64,000 nt of DNA from Octopus vulgaris (GCA_951406725.2 OX597822.1:23870001-23934000), one strand, 5' to 3'; positions 27,655-42,298 are shown, counted from the stretch's first letter. Made by a program: numbers and translations. The notes: generated from the letters alone by a model not told the origin.

Positions 27655-28137
27655 TGGGCAATGGATTTGATAGACGGAAACTGAGAGAAGCCCGTCGCAT
27701 ATATATGTATATATGTACGTATTAATGTGTGTACCCCTTCATAACGGACAGTGGTGTGTTTATGTCCCCGTATTTTAGCGGTTTGGCAAAAGAGACCGAT
27801 AGAATAAGTACTAGGCTTACAAAGAATAAGTCCTGAAATCGATTTTTTCGACTAAAGACCATTAAGGCGGTGCTCCAGCATGGCCGCAGTCAAATAACTG
27901 AAACATGTCAAACAATAAAAGAATATATACTCTCTTACTCTCTTTTACTTGTTTCAGTCATTTGACTGCGGCCATGCTGGAGCACCGCCTTTAGTCGAGC
28001 AAATCGACCCCAGGACTTATTCTTTGGAAGCCTAGTACTTATTCTATCGGTCACTTTTGCCGAACCGCTAAGTTACGGGGACGTAAACACACCAGCATCG
28101 GTTGTCAGCATCGGTTGGGGGACAAACACAAACACAA

Positions 28138-28227
<90 letters not shown>

Positions 28228-28350
28228 CATATATACGACGGGTTTCTTTCAGTTTCCATCTACCAAATCCACTCACAAGGCTTTGGTCGGCCCGAAGCTA
28301 TAGTAGAAGACACTTGCCCAAGGTGCAGTGGGAATGAACCTGGAACCATG
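27655..28350. mobile_element. Tail-to-tail pair of family-a SINEs
   Basis: Plus copy 27655-27922 and minus copy 27930-28350. Confidence 0.85.
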
Positions 28351-28386
<36 letters not shown>

Positions 28387-28974
28387 TTCATCCATATATA
28401 CATACATTTATACATACATATATCCATACATATTTTTCCTTTACACATTCACACACACTGGCATACACACAGACATATTCACTGGAGTAAACTCAGAATC
28501 TGTGATACAGTGAACTTCTACGAACGATATAGACGTGTTCGTATTCACGGTTGAATGGTTCTAGGTGCACACAGGCATTGCAAATATATACAAGTGCTTC
28601 TATGCAGAATATACAGCTTTCCTATAAGGTTATCAAGTCTACGGAAATATCGATCGATAGCAAGTAAAAAATCAGGCCTAACATCAATAAAGTTCGAATG
28701 TTCATCTGAAGGCATCGATATCTTGCGCAATTGAGTTCATTGATTTTCTCCGCTGTTTCCTAATATATTTTTTTTAATGCATACGGACGCGGTGATTACA
28801 CATTTTCATACGCGTATGTCTCTTACATGCTTCTTCACTGGCGTACATTTTCTATCGTCCTTTTGCCAATGTGCGTGCATGCTGGTTCACTTGAAACACG
28901 CGCACTCACACACACACACTCACATACGCACAAATGTACGTACTCACACACATAAACATAAGTATATAATGCAA

Positions 28975-29073
<99 letters not shown>

Positions 29074-29081
29074 AATAATAC

Positions 29082-29114
<33 letters not shown>

Positions 29115-29118
29115 GTAC

Positions 29119-29204
<86 letters not shown>

Positions 29205-29205
<1 letters not shown>

Positions 29206-31345
29206 AGTAGTTGAATGAATTATCTTATTAAGGATAATTCGAGAGATAACCGATACCTGGGTAGCAAATTAACATCAGAAAGAACACGGTTGAAGCTACG
29301 TCCCTAGGGCATAGACTACGTGTCTTCGTGCGGAAATTTGTATGTTTATTTTAAAATTATAAGTATATGAAATAATGGAGTTTAACGACTAGTTAACAAA
29401 TATCCTTTATTCTCGACATATGTTTCGAAGGCTGCATATTCCTAATTCCGAAGGAATAAGGAGTACATTATGCAGATTTCTCATCAGGAAAATCAAGGAA
29501 CTTATGTCGACATCAAAATGCACAAAAAACTTTTAGCTGACCGCTCTCAAGGAGCCCATGGCGATAATGAGTGTCTCTTTATAAGGAGTGACGTCAGAGT
29601 GGCTGAATGTAGAAGAATCTAGAAGGTTCTAAAGGTTCAAGGGTTCAAACGAAGTAGGAGGGGGAGGCATAAGAATAGTAAGTTGAGAAAGTGCAGGTCA
29701 AAAGAATGGTGGGTTTAAATGATTTCTTTTGTGAATGAGTGCCTGTGTGTATAACTGTATATAACTGTCTTAATGTGTGTATGTGTGCGTCTGAATGCGT
29801 ATTGTGTTTGTGGATGGGTAGATGTCAGAAAACTGACAGCTGTGAGGTGAGAGGTCTGTGTCTGTGTGTTCGATTATGTTTACTGTAGAGAAAGGAAAGT
29901 AGATAGCGAAAGGGAGAAAGAATCGGGCGAGGTGAGAGGCAACGCAAGAATGGATAGTAGTAATTGGGAATATAAGAAAATCTTTTTGACTGTTGGGGTG
30001 AAATATAGCAAAAATTGTTTTTGGAAATCGAGGGGTTATCTATATTAGTCACTATTTATATGAGTGAAAGGTGTGTCTTTTCCAGTGTAAACACCTGCAG
30101 GATCTTTCGACGATTGTGTTTATTAAAGGGACTTTGGCGAACAAAATATGAAAAAGTTCGGAATTACAGATGCCACAAAATTTTCTGCCTTTATCAAACG
30201 GGAAGGACACCGACAAAATGGACCATTCGAGCTTGAACGTAGTGTTATTGTTCTTCAGACGCCAGACTAATTTGCTTAGCCCCGTGCTGTGTTGCTTTCT
30301 CTTATCTCTGAAAGTGGAATAATGGTTGGAGATCCTTTGGGCTAATTTAGAAGAGGTTGCGCCAATGTAGAAGTAGACATCGATTCCAGAAGAGATTTTG
30401 CATTGTAAGTGGTGTTTCTAATTTTGGAATTTTGGGATAAGAACTTTAATCTGTTGGGGTTGGTTTCCGATACTAAGACAGAGTTTTTATTGTTGTGATA
30501 GGTGTAAAAATTGTTGCTGGCTTTGGCCATGATACTATTCATCTTATTATCATTACTATTAGTTGTAATATCGTCGGCAAATATAGGAATGCTGCGATTG
30601 TTATCATCAATAATATAACTGTTATTAAGAATGCTGGTACTATTACCACCACTGTTAATAATCTGGCTAATGTTATTATCATTATTACTATTGCTAACGC
30701 TAATGCTGCTATGAATGTTGCTAATATCCATACTACTTCTATTATTATTATTATTGTATGTTACGTTGGAATGGGTAAGGGCGGTGTCGCTACTCATGGG
30801 TGATGAGACCCTATTTAGCAGCTTATTATTGTGGGAAGCTATTATCTGCAAAAGTTTTTAGTATTTGAGAATGCTATTCTTACTTTATGCGAATTTATAG
30901 TGGAGTAGTATCTAGAATTCCTAGGAAAATTCTTAGCAACGGCTTCACGGAATTGTAAAGGGAGATTAGACCTGATTTGTCTCCCGAAAGAAATCACAAA
31001 CCAGGTATAGTTTTTTTTGTTCTTGGAATGGCTGAGAGTGTTGACATTTACATTAAAGGGTATATTTCTGTGTTGTAGAATGGGTTTTGGTTTACGCTGG
31101 CCTCCCCTGGTCCGTAAATTATTATTGTAAAATATATTTGTGTCGACGTTGCGAGAGCTGAAATCACTATTTATGTTATTTATATTATTATTAGAAGTTA
31201 TCTTATCTTGATGGGCAGATATTAGTTTAGGATGGGCCGGATCGATATATGATACCTTATCCCTATAACCGGCCTTTTACAAGGCGGCATTATAAAATTC
31301 TGCTTTCTGTTTAAAAATGTCAACATTTGCTGATAACTTTGATAG
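29205..31345 (-). mobile_element. Penelope-like element 3' part (RT thumb, GIY-YIG endonuclease, 3' region with hammerhead)
   Basis: LSKLSANVDIFKQKAEFYNAAL; YTWFVISFG...QIIASHNNKLL; YFYIGATSSKLAQRISNHYSTF...LSKLVWRLK...LEWSIL...CGICNSE. Confidence 0.8.
29403..29499 (-). ncRNA. Type I hammerhead ribozyme (PLE-associated)
   Basis: TCCTTGATTTTC-CTGATGA-GAA..long stem II..TTC-GAAA-C-ATAT-GTC^GAGAATAAAGGA; stem I pairs 11 of 12 positions (one G-U); palindromic loop III. Confidence 0.85.
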
Positions 31346-31354
31346 TCAAATATA

Positions 31355-31557
31355 TATAAAGTTAATCCAAACAAGAAAGCACAAAAAAACATAACTACGC
31401 GAGGACGTGGAACAAATATAGTATTATTGGACGCTCAGGAAAGAAGGAAAGAAGGAGGGTTTAACGTTTCGAGCGGAGCTCTTCGTCGGAAACATAGGAG
31501 AAGGAAAGATCCAGAGAAGGGAAGACAGAGGAAAAAAATCGCCAACGGTACACGCGA

Positions 31558-31611
<54 letters not shown>

Positions 31612-33645
31612 TAATCCAAACGGGAAAACAGAAAAAACAACAACACGTGGAACAATTACAGTATTATTATTATTAGGCGCTCAGGAAAATGGAAGAAGGA
31701 GGGTATGACGTTTCGAGCGGAGCTCTTCGTCGGAAACATAAGAGAGGGAAGAAAGAAGAAAGATCCCGAAGTGGGCGAAAGAGGGAAAAAAAAAAACGTG
31801 ACTGGTGTTTATGAAGTACACATGCTGAAAGACCGGAAGTTTTGGAAAACAAGGGCAAAGTAGGTTTTTAAAGCCAAAAGAGTGGAGACAAGAAGGTTGG
31901 TAACAAAAAATGATGTGTGTGTATGTGTGAGTGTGTGCGTGTGCGTGTGTGTATGTGTGTGTGAGGCGAGATAAAAAAACAAAAAATATATGTATATGTT
32001 AGTGCGTGTAAGTGTGTTTGGTAGGGCGAACAGTAGTTGACATAGCAAGTCTCAAGTGAGTGGTCAGTGGTAAAAAAAAGGAGGAAGGAGGGAAGAAGGG
32101 AAGGAGGGAAAGGGTGGGGGCGTATGTAACGTGCCAGTGTGTGTGTTGAGTGGTAGTGTGTGTGTGTCCAGTGTGCGTAGTTGTATGTATGGCAAGTAAA
32201 TTTGACGTGTGTGTAAGTGTAATGTATATGTATATGCAAATGTGTGTGTGTGAGTGGGTGTGTGTATGTGTGTGCGTGTGTGTATGCAAAAGTGTGTGTG
32301 TGGGTGGGTGGGTGTATGTGTGTGCGTGTGTGTACAAAAAGAGGGGGTATTAAGGAAAAAAAACTGCAGCTGAGGGAAAGATGGAAGAGTGGTCCCGCGG
32401 CGACAGGCGTGGGAGAACCCAAAGACACGCGCCAGCCCCAGATACGAACAGGAGAAATAGTCGGTACCCACGAGCGTGGTGCATGCATGCGTGTATGCGT
32501 GCGCGAGCGCGCACAAGCGTGTATGTGCGCGCGCCTGCGAGTGTGTGTGTGGATGTGTGAGTGTGTCTGTGTGTATGTCCGGGTGTCAGTGTGTCCGATG
32601 AATGTATGTAAGTATGTGTGTGTATATGTGTGTGTATAGATGTATGTCCGTGAGTGTGTGTGTGTGTGTATGTGTATGAGTGTGTATGTATGTACGTGTG
32701 TGTGTGTGGAAGTGTGTGTATGTGCGTGTGTGTCCGCGTACATGCAGGTGTGTTAGTGAGTGTGTGTGTGTATGTATGTGTGTGTGTGTATGTGTGTGTG
32801 TGTGGGTGTATGTATGTGTGTGTATGTATGTATGTGTACGTGCGTGTGTGTGTGTGTATGCATGTGTGCCTGTATGCGTACTGCGCGTGTGCATGCATGC
32901 ATGCATGTGTGTGTGTGTGTGTGTGCATCTGTGTAGGTATATATGTATGTGCGTATATGTGTGTGTATGTGCGTACATGTGTGTGTGTATGCATGTGTGT
33001 GTATGTAGGTGTGTAGGCGTGTGTGTATAGGTGCATGTATGTAAGTATGTATGGGTGTGTCCGTGTATGTAAGTATGTATGGGTGTGTCCGTGTATGTGT
33101 GTGTATGCATGTGTGTGTATGTAGGTGTGTAGGCGTGTGTGTGTATAGGTGTATGTATGTATGTATGTATGCATGGGTGTGTCCGTGTATGTTTGTGTGT
33201 GTGTGTGTATGCATGCGTATGTAGGTGTGTGTGTTCGTATGTAATATACGTATGTATGCGTGTGTGTGCGTGTGTATGCGTGTGTGTGCGTGTGTATGCG
33301 TGTGTGTGTGTGGGAGTGTAGGTGTGTGTGTGCGTGTATGTGTGCGTGTGCGTGTATATGTTGGTTTGTGTGTATGTGAGTGTGAGTGTATGGGTGTTTG
33401 TCATGCATGTGTATGCGCGTGCAGGCGAGTGTGTGTGTAAGTATGTGTGTATGTATGTGTGAGTGTGTATGTGTGTATGTCTGTGTGTATGTATGTGCGT
33501 ATAGGAGTATGTAAGTATGTGTGTGTGTATGTGTGTGGGTGTATGTATGTATGTATGTGTGTGTGTGCATGTGTGTAAGTATATGTGTGTGTGCATATAT
33601 ATGTGTATGTGTGTGTGTGTATATATGTGTATGTGTGTGTGTGTA

Positions 33646-33691
<46 letters not shown>

Positions 33692-33697
33692 TATGTA

Positions 33698-33738
<41 letters not shown>

Positions 33739-35558
33739 GTATGTGTGTATGTATGAGTGAAGGTATGGCTGTGTAGGTGTGTGTGTGTATGAATGTAAGT
33801 GTGTGTGTGTACAAGTGTAATGTATGTATGTAGGTGTGTGTGTGTGTGTATGTGTGGGTGTGCGTGTGTATGTGTGTGTGTGTGTATGCGTGTGAGTGTG
33901 AGTGTATGGGTGTATGTCTGTGTGTGTGTATGTCTGAAGTAGGTATGTGTGTGTATGTATGTATGTGTGTGTGTGAGGGTATGTGTGTGTGTGTGTGTGT
34001 GTGTATGTCTGAAGTAGGTATGTGTGTGTATGTATCTATGTGTGTGTGTGCGGGTATGTGTGTGTGTGTGTATGTGTGTGTGTGTATGTGTGTGTGTGAG
34101 TAGGTGTGCGTGTATGTATGTGGGTAGGGATGCATGCGTGTGTGTGGGTATGTATGTATACATACGCACGCACACACCCGAAGCACGCCCACACACACGA
34201 AGCACGCTGACACACACAACACACAAACAATACAACGCAAGCCCATGGGGCCGACCAGCCCCCAGCACGCGCCAAGGCATGCGCGCGCGGGAGCCCCCGA
34301 ACAACCCGCTCCACGGGAACCGAGGATCCATCAACCAAACCCAGGAAGGAGGGGGGGCTGCCTGGGTGCAAATAGGTGTGCATTCGTGTAAAGGTGTGCA
34401 TGTGTGGGTATGTATGTATGTATGTGTGCGTACATGTATGTGTGCATGTGTGTGTGTGTATGTAAGTATAGGTGTGTGAAAAACCTAGGAGGAGGGGGCT
34501 GTGTTAAGTCCGTGTGGGGTAGTGGTTTGTAGGGTGAAGATGTAGCGTTGCTCCAAGTGGAGCCTAGAAAGTGGACGACCATTGTGGGGGGCGAGACCAA
34601 ACACTGAGATGTCATCTAGGGAATGGCTGGCCGAGCGGAAGTGGCGTGCGACGGGAGAAAAAGAGTGTAGGCGAACGTCCCTCAAATGTTCTGTAAATCG
34701 GTCGGACAACCGGCGTCCCGTCTGTCCTACATACAGCATCCCGCATAGGTTGCATTTAATGCAGTAAATGAGGCCAGACAAGGTGCACGTAAAAGAGTGC
34801 CTAATACGTACAGTTCGCCGGTTGGAGCCGGTGACAGCAGTGGTGTTGGTGATGAAGGGGCAAGTGTTGCAGCGGGATCTAGAGCAAGGGAATGATCCGT
34901 GTGGGGCTAAGGGGGAAGGAGAGAGGGTGCTGTGGACCAGGAGGTCACGTAGATTCCGGGCTCGTTTGAAGGAGGACAGGGGTGGGTTAGGGAAAATGGG
35001 GCGGGTTGTGGGATCAAGCTGGAGGCGACGGAAGGCACGTAGTATCTTGCGACGAAGGGGTAGGGTAGAGGGGTGGAAAAGGGTGGGGTGCGGTTGGGGT
35101 GGGTGGGGGGAAGGTGGTGCGGTCGATGCGACGGGCGCGGGTGAGGGCATTAGAGATGAGTATGGGTGGGTAACCTCGGAGTCTGAACAGGCGGGCCAGG
35201 TATTGAGATTGGGTCTCGAAATCCTGGTCGCGGCTGCACAAACGTCGAAGGCGGAGGAACTGGGAGTAGGGGATGGCTCGTTTGGTGTGGAAGGGGTGGG
35301 AGGAGGAGAAGTTGAGATAGAGGTGGGAGTCCGTAGGTTTAAAGAAGGCGGTGGTGGTGAGAGAGTTGGAGGGGTGGTCGATTCGGAGAGAGATGTCAAG
35401 GAAGTTGACGGAGGTGTTGGAGATGGTGGAGGTGAATTGAAGAGAGGGGTGAAAGTTGGAAAGGAAAGAGATGAATTGGCAGAGAAGTTCACGGGAAAGG
35501 GAGGTGGCACCTATGCAGTCGTCTATATAGCGACCGTATAGTTCGGGGGTCGGCCCAG
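31355..35558 (-). mobile_element. 5'-truncated Penelope-like element: RT C-terminus, GIY-YIG, 2.4-kb (CA)-rich 3' region, tandem terminal repeats
   Basis: RYIDDCIG at 35518-35532; QFLRLRRLCS...RGYP; PCSRSRCNTC, LIYCIKCNLCGMLYVGQTGRRLSDRFTEH, PHGLN; terminal repeats 31355-31560 and 31608-31800 with CCGACGAA-GAGC-TCC-GCTC-GAAACGT. Linkage of the 3' region to the ORF is inferred. Confidence 0.8.
34485..35558 (-). pseudogene. PLE RT/GIY-YIG polyprotein fragment (frameshifted)
   Basis: Motifs are spread over several frames, including ORFs 34485-35510 and 35014-35241. Confidence 0.88.
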
Positions 35559-35670
35559 ATATATATATATATTATTTGTTATTTATGCATTGGTTTATGT
35601 CTATCACTGTTTGAGTTGCATAATAGTGGTTTTATCTCTAATTCATATTATATATATATATATACATATA

Positions 35671-36092
35671 GGCGTAGGAGTGGCTGTGTGGTAAGTAGCT
35701 TGCTTACGAACCACGTGGTTCCGGGTTCAGTTCCACTTCTACTATAGCCTCTGGCCGACCAAAGCCTTATGAGTGGATTTGATAGACGGAAACTGAAAGA
35801 AGCCCGTATATGTATGTATGTATGAATGTATGTATGTATGTATGTATGTATGTATGTATGTATGTATGTATGTATGTATGTATGTATGTATGTGCGTGTG
35901 TATACGTATGTGTGTCTGTGTTTGTCCCCCCAACATCGCTTGACAACCGATGCTGGTGTGTTTACGTCCCGTAACTTAGCGGTTCGGCAAAACAGTACTA
36001 GGCTTCCAGACAATAAGTCCTGGGGTCGACTTGCTCGACTAAAGGCGGTGCTCCAGCATGACCACAGTCAAATGACTGAAACAAGTAAAAGC
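35671..36092 (+). mobile_element. SINE family a with internal (TATG)n
   Basis: Homology to 14559-15043. Confidence 0.85.
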
Positions 36093-36328
36093 GATATATA
36101 TAATTCCAATTCTCAGAAAACGAAAGACAAAGACAGGTGAAAGTCCCAGGTGTATTAGTTTAACGATCGGGAAGAATGGAAAATTTTTTTACGTCTCGAG
36201 CCAACGCTCGTCGACAGGTGGGAATAAGAGAAACGAAAACAACAACGGAGAGAGAAAAAATGTGTAGGGCTTAACGTTTATATTGATATGTGTGTGTAGA
36301 GAGAGAGAGAAAGAGAGAGAGAGAAAGA

Positions 36329-36384
<56 letters not shown>

Positions 36385-36424
36385 GAAAGGGAGACAGAGA
36401 GATGGCAGGAGAGACGGATTTTTT

Positions 36425-37281
<857 letters not shown>

Positions 37282-37579
37282 CGGCACCGTTAAGCATTTG
37301 TTTTGCAAAATACCTGATATGAAATCGTGTGTTGGAACAATTATTCTTATACTTCCAGATGATCGTATTTCGCAATTAGCCACACACATTATATATTTGG
37401 TCTTTACTTCAGTTTTATTATCATTGTTCTTATTTTAATGCCCTTTCTCTGAAATTTTTTCTCACACACCATGTGACCGCTTGAAAGATTTTCCATGCCA
37501 CGTGTCTCGTCCTGTTCTGTTTAGTCCATTCTATGTGCAAGCAGGCATTGTAAGTGCATACAGTATATGTATACATACG

Positions 37580-37621
<42 letters not shown>

Positions 37622-37795
37622 AGTATGTATATATATATATATATATGTATGTATATTAATATTTACATATATGTATATAAATATATGTATACATCATTGA
37701 CCAACAAGCACACATACATGTATGTGTGCATATATACATAGCTATGTTTGTGTATATAGACATACATACATATACATCCAGACACTGACACACAC

Positions 37796-37833
<38 letters not shown>

Positions 37834-38437
37834 GCAAAAAAAAATTCTAATGCCAAATATATCGAAAAAAAGACAAAAATTGTCAATAACCGTTATAATT
37901 TATGCGTCTCGAAACAAACCAATAGACATTTCTAAAAAATCCGTTATTACCGTATTGGTCCCAATTTCGGGGTTAATTCATAAGAATTTTCCCCTCTTCA
38001 GCGATAAATACGTGAGATATAAGTGAAATACTTACTCATACCCATGGAAAAGCAAGCGCTAAGTCCTGAGCAGACCTAAGTACCCCAAATATGTCCAAAA
38101 TAGAAAATCTTCGACACATCTCGATATATGTGTATATATATATAAAGTACTGGCAGAGACACCTGGTGTTTCTCGGGATTGATTTATATATATGTATATA
38201 TATATACATATATATTATATATATGTATATATATATACATATACATATACATACATATATATATATACATATATATACATATATATATACATATATATAT
38301 ACACACACATGTATATATATATATATATACATATATGTATATATATATATATGCATATATATACATAAATATATATATATATACACATATACATATATAT
38401 ACATATATACATATGTATATGAATATATAGATACATC

Positions 38438-38469
<32 letters not shown>

Positions 38470-38826
38470 CATATATGCATCATATATACTTATATACATA
38501 TATATATATATGTATACATCTATATATACATATACATATATACATACATATAAAAACTTAGATATGTTTCGATCAAAGATTGGTCCAGGCCATGTCTAAC
38601 TTAATAGCGCCACCTGATAGGATTATCTAAGTCCTGTTTAAGACAAGATGATGGTGGTGATGATGATGATAACGATGATGATATAGTGACCACCAAGTTT
38701 AGCCTATACGTGTAAAATATACAAATAAATAAAGTAGGTCACTGCCTGGAATCGAACTCGAAATCTTGGTGTTAAGAACGCGGGCTTCTAACCCCAAGAT
38801 TCCGTGTTCGATTCCAGGCAGTGACT

Positions 38827-38896
<70 letters not shown>

Positions 38897-38929
38897 TGAT
38901 GATTTTGATGATAATGATGATAACAATAA

Positions 38930-39402
38930 TCTTGGTATAAAAGATGGGCTACAGCAAATATTTTGCTCAATACCACAGATTTGCTAGTCAGTTGTTTGAC
39001 CTCAACCAGCTGAGCATGTCCCTTAGTGTCTGACGATATGTGCATCTCTGATCACGAGCAGACGTAGTGGGGGTGCATCATAGCCATGTGTTGAGAGGGA
39101 TTCTTTGGGGTTTGAATAATTCACCTCTGGAAACATGGGTGTTTCGTTCAAAATCCTTAAACAACCCTTATTCAGGGACCTTTTGAGCGGAATGGGTTAC
39201 TCGACCAGAAGAAAATTCTAACTGGGCCCCACCTGCAAGGTCATGTGCTGTTTATCCAGATATGAAATCACCATGTCGCGCACATATGGTTGTGATGCAT
39301 GTGCCTAGTGTACCCTTATCAGACGGGTAGTCATGATGGGTATACTGGGCTTCGTATATTTTACCCGTGTCACTTTGATGGCATGCACTGCTCTCTCACT
39401 CA
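38930..39402 (-). mobile_element. Non-coding segment associated with R4/Dong-like elements, flanked by (TAA)n
   Basis: Near identical to 22779-22990; (TAA)n on both sides; strand inferred from the 22.7-kb copy. Confidence 0.65.
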
Positions 39403-39482
<80 letters not shown>

Positions 39483-39673
39483 GAGAAGAGCAGTATCGCT
39501 GTGAAAACAACATCCATCCATGAATCCATTTATTTATTAATTTTTAAATACATATTTTATCTGTGAATTTGCGTGTGTAATCTGGGAATGCATACAATGA
39601 GCTTCTCTACCCTTGGTGTATGGAAAACACTCGGCGAGAAACGGAAGAAAATTTGAAGAAAGAAGGAAAAAAC

Positions 39674-39733
<60 letters not shown>

Positions 39734-39979
39734 TCGAAAAATAAAGCAGAGTTCTTTATGTTCGTATTTGAATGTCGCGGAGGCACACAAATGAACAAAC
39801 GTGCACAGTGTAATGTGATGAATATTTTGAAAAATAGACGAATACAGTAAGCTTAGCTGACGATCCTTAAGTACTAAGGTACAAATGGTAAAATTTCTTA
39901 AGAGAGAAAAATTTGTGGTTTTTTAGTGTTAATTCCTCTTTCCAACAAGTGGTATTCCGGTATCCTACTTTATATACAT

Positions 39980-40013
<34 letters not shown>

Positions 40014-40093
40014 TATAATAATAATAATAAAGATAATAATGATAATAATAATAATGATGATAATAATAATAATGATAATAATAATAATAATAA

Positions 40094-41956
40094 TATAAAA
40101 AGGCTTTTGATAGCCTACCACATAGCTGGATTAGGAAATGCCTTGAAATGTATAAGATAGCACCAACTCTGCGAAACTTCTTGACTGTAAGTATGAGATC
40201 ATGGAGAACCACACTAACTCTGAACAGTGACAGTGAATCCCTAAATGCTGGTGATGTAAAAATTTCATGTGGCATTTTCCAGGGTGACTCACTGTCACCA
40301 CTCCTCTTCTGTTTAGCCTTAATACCTCTCTCAAAGCTGCTCAATGACGCGCAGTACGGGTATAAAATGTTTGATAAAAATATAAATCATCTCGTTTACA
40401 TGGATGATTTAAAGCTTTTTGCAAAAAATGATCAACAACTCAAGGGCTTACTAGCGATAGTCAAACAATTCAGTGACGACATCAGAATGCAATTCGGCCT
40501 CGATAAATGTGCAAAGGCTACCTTTATCAAAGGAAAAATGACAGAAACATCTAACGTTAACCTTGACCAACAGAATGTCATAAAAGAACTAGACCCAGCG
40601 GAGAGCTACAAGTACCTAGGGGTAATTGAAGGGAACGGAATAAGGCATTCAGAGATGAAGGAAAGGATCAGGAGAGAATGCTATCGAAGAGTGAGAGCAA
40701 TACTCAAGACAGAGCTGAATGCAAGAAACAGGATCGAAGCAATCAATGCATTAGCTATACCAGTCGTGACTTACAGTTTCAATATTGTTAACTGGTCAAT
40801 TACTGAAATATGTCAGCTCGACAGAAAAATAAGGAAACTGTTGACAATGCATAGAATGCACCACCCTAAGGCAGATACAGAACGACTCTATCTGCCAAGA
40901 AAAGAGGGAGGCCGTGGTCTTTTGCAACTGGCAATAACAATGAAGATTGCTACAATTGGCCTAGACACCTACCAGAAAAACTCTGAGGACTGGATGTTAA
41001 AACTTGTCTCAAAACATGAAAACAAGAAAGCATCATACTCAGTCACAAAACAGGCAAAGGTATATCTAAGTGAATTCCGAATACAACCAATTTCGGAATT
41101 AGAGATAGATATACAAGAAACAAGCACAGAAAAAGCTAGGCGCATGAAAACCCGTGCCAAAACTGCGGCCTTAGATATTCTGAATAATAAATGGCAAGAA
41201 AAACCTCTCTATGGCAAATACCCAAAGAGAGCGAATAATGCAGATATCGACAAAGCCCTGACCCATCAATGGCTAATGGCCTCTGGCTTAAAATCTGAAA
41301 CAGAGGGGTTTATCATAGCAGCTCAAGATCAATGCCTACCAACAAGAAACTACCAGGCCAACATATTAAAGATCAGAAGCAGTCCAACGTGTCGTGTATG
41401 CAAGCAACAAAATGAAACCATTGACCATGTGGTCTCCAAGTGCAGTCTTCTAGCGCCTACAGAGTATCTCAACAGGCACGATAGAGCTGCACAATATATT
41501 CACTGGGTAATCTGTAAAAACCTGGATTTGCCCCAGGAAAAAAACTGGTGGGAACACAAACCACCCCCAGTGCTTGAAAATGACCACATCTCACTCCTCT
41601 GGAACTTCGCCATTCAAACTGACAGAAAGATAGATGCAAATAGGCCAGACATCATATTGAAAGACTTCAAACAAAGAACATGCCTCCTCATTGATATGAC
41701 TGTCCCAATCGATATAAACGTATCTGTCAAGACCTACCAAAAACTGAGCAAATATAAAGATCTTGAAATAGAAATCAGCAAAATGTGGAAGCTGAAGACT
41801 AAAACAATACCTGTTGTCATAGGTGCCCTGGGAATGATAGCAAAAGGGGCTGATAGCTACCTAACTCAGATACCAGGAAACCCAAAAATGGCAGAAGTTC
41901 AAAAGATAGTGCTCATGGGAACTGCTCATATCCTACGCAAAATACTCTCTATGTAA
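40094..41956 (+). CDS. RT-CCHC-restriction-like endonuclease ORF (uninterrupted but lacking its N-terminus)
   Basis: YKKAFDS, GIFQGDSLSPLLF, YMDDLKL, YKYLG, CRVCKQQNETIDHVVSKC, RHDRA, NRPDIILKD...IDMTVP. Confidence 0.9.
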   Translation, partial: YKKAFDSLPHSWIRKCLEMYKIAPTLRNFLTVSMRSWRTTLTLNSDSESLNAGDVKISCGIFQGDSLSPLLFCLALIPLSKLLNDAQYGYKMFDKNINHLVYMDDLKLFAKNDQQLKGLLAIVKQFSDDIRMQFGLDKCAKATFIKGKMTETSNVNLDQQNVIKELDPAESYKYLGVIEGNGIRHSEMKERIRRECYRRVRAILKTELNARNRIEAINALAIPVVTYSFNIVNWSITEICQLDRKIRKLLTMHRMHHPKADTERLYLPRKEGGRGLLQLAITMKIATIGLDTYQKNSEDWMLKLVSKHENKKASYSVTKQAKVYLSEFRIQPISELEIDIQETSTEKARRMKTRAKTAALDILNNKWQEKPLYGKYPKRANNADIDKALTHQWLMASGLKSETEGFIIAAQDQCLPTRNYQANILKIRSSPTCRVCKQQNETIDHVVSKCSLLAPTEYLNRHDRAAQYIHWVICKNLDLPQEKNWWEHKPPPVLENDHISLLWNFAIQTDRKIDANRPDIILKDFKQRTCLLIDMTVPIDINVSVKTYQKLSKYKDLEIEISKMWKLKTKTIPVVIGALGMIAKGADSYLTQIPGNPKMAEVQKIVLMGTAHILRKILSM

Positions 41957-42175
41957 TCTCAAGGTTTAAAACAAACATAATTTTCGGTTTAAAAAAAAAA
42001 CAAAAAAAAACAAACCTTTTTTTTTTAGACATTCATTAGTACAACATCCCCACCCCCCAAATGTATGGCACACTAGGCATAACAACAACATGAACTTTCA
42101 ACCCTGTTGTCTCTTGAGGTCTCTGGGTGAGACTTGGAGCCAACTTGTACAAATATAAAGCAAAAGTCAAACATA

Positions 42176-42176
<1 letters not shown>
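40094..42176 (+). mobile_element. R4/Dong-like RLE non-LTR retrotransposon, 5'-truncated, inserted in (TAA)n
   Basis: (TAA)n at ~40013-40093 and ~42177-42223; open ORF and 3' UTR between them. Confidence 0.93.
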
Positions 42177-42225
<49 letters not shown>

Positions 42226-42298
42226 TGAGGGAATACTATTCCAAACTTACATGGAAAAATTCAATTTAGAAATACTAAATCAAATTTCACCAAATATA

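Noticed and set aside
28490-28760. Coding-like unique segment (ORF 28545-28730)
   Set aside because: No recognisable motif or convincing splice sites
32350-34334. Long His/Thr-rich ORFs (406 and 582 aa)
   Set aside because: Degenerate CA repeats rarely contain stops in these frames; no domain signal
34768-35541. 257-aa plus-strand ORF and similar antisense ORFs over LINEs
   Set aside because: Antisense shadows of retroelement coding sequence
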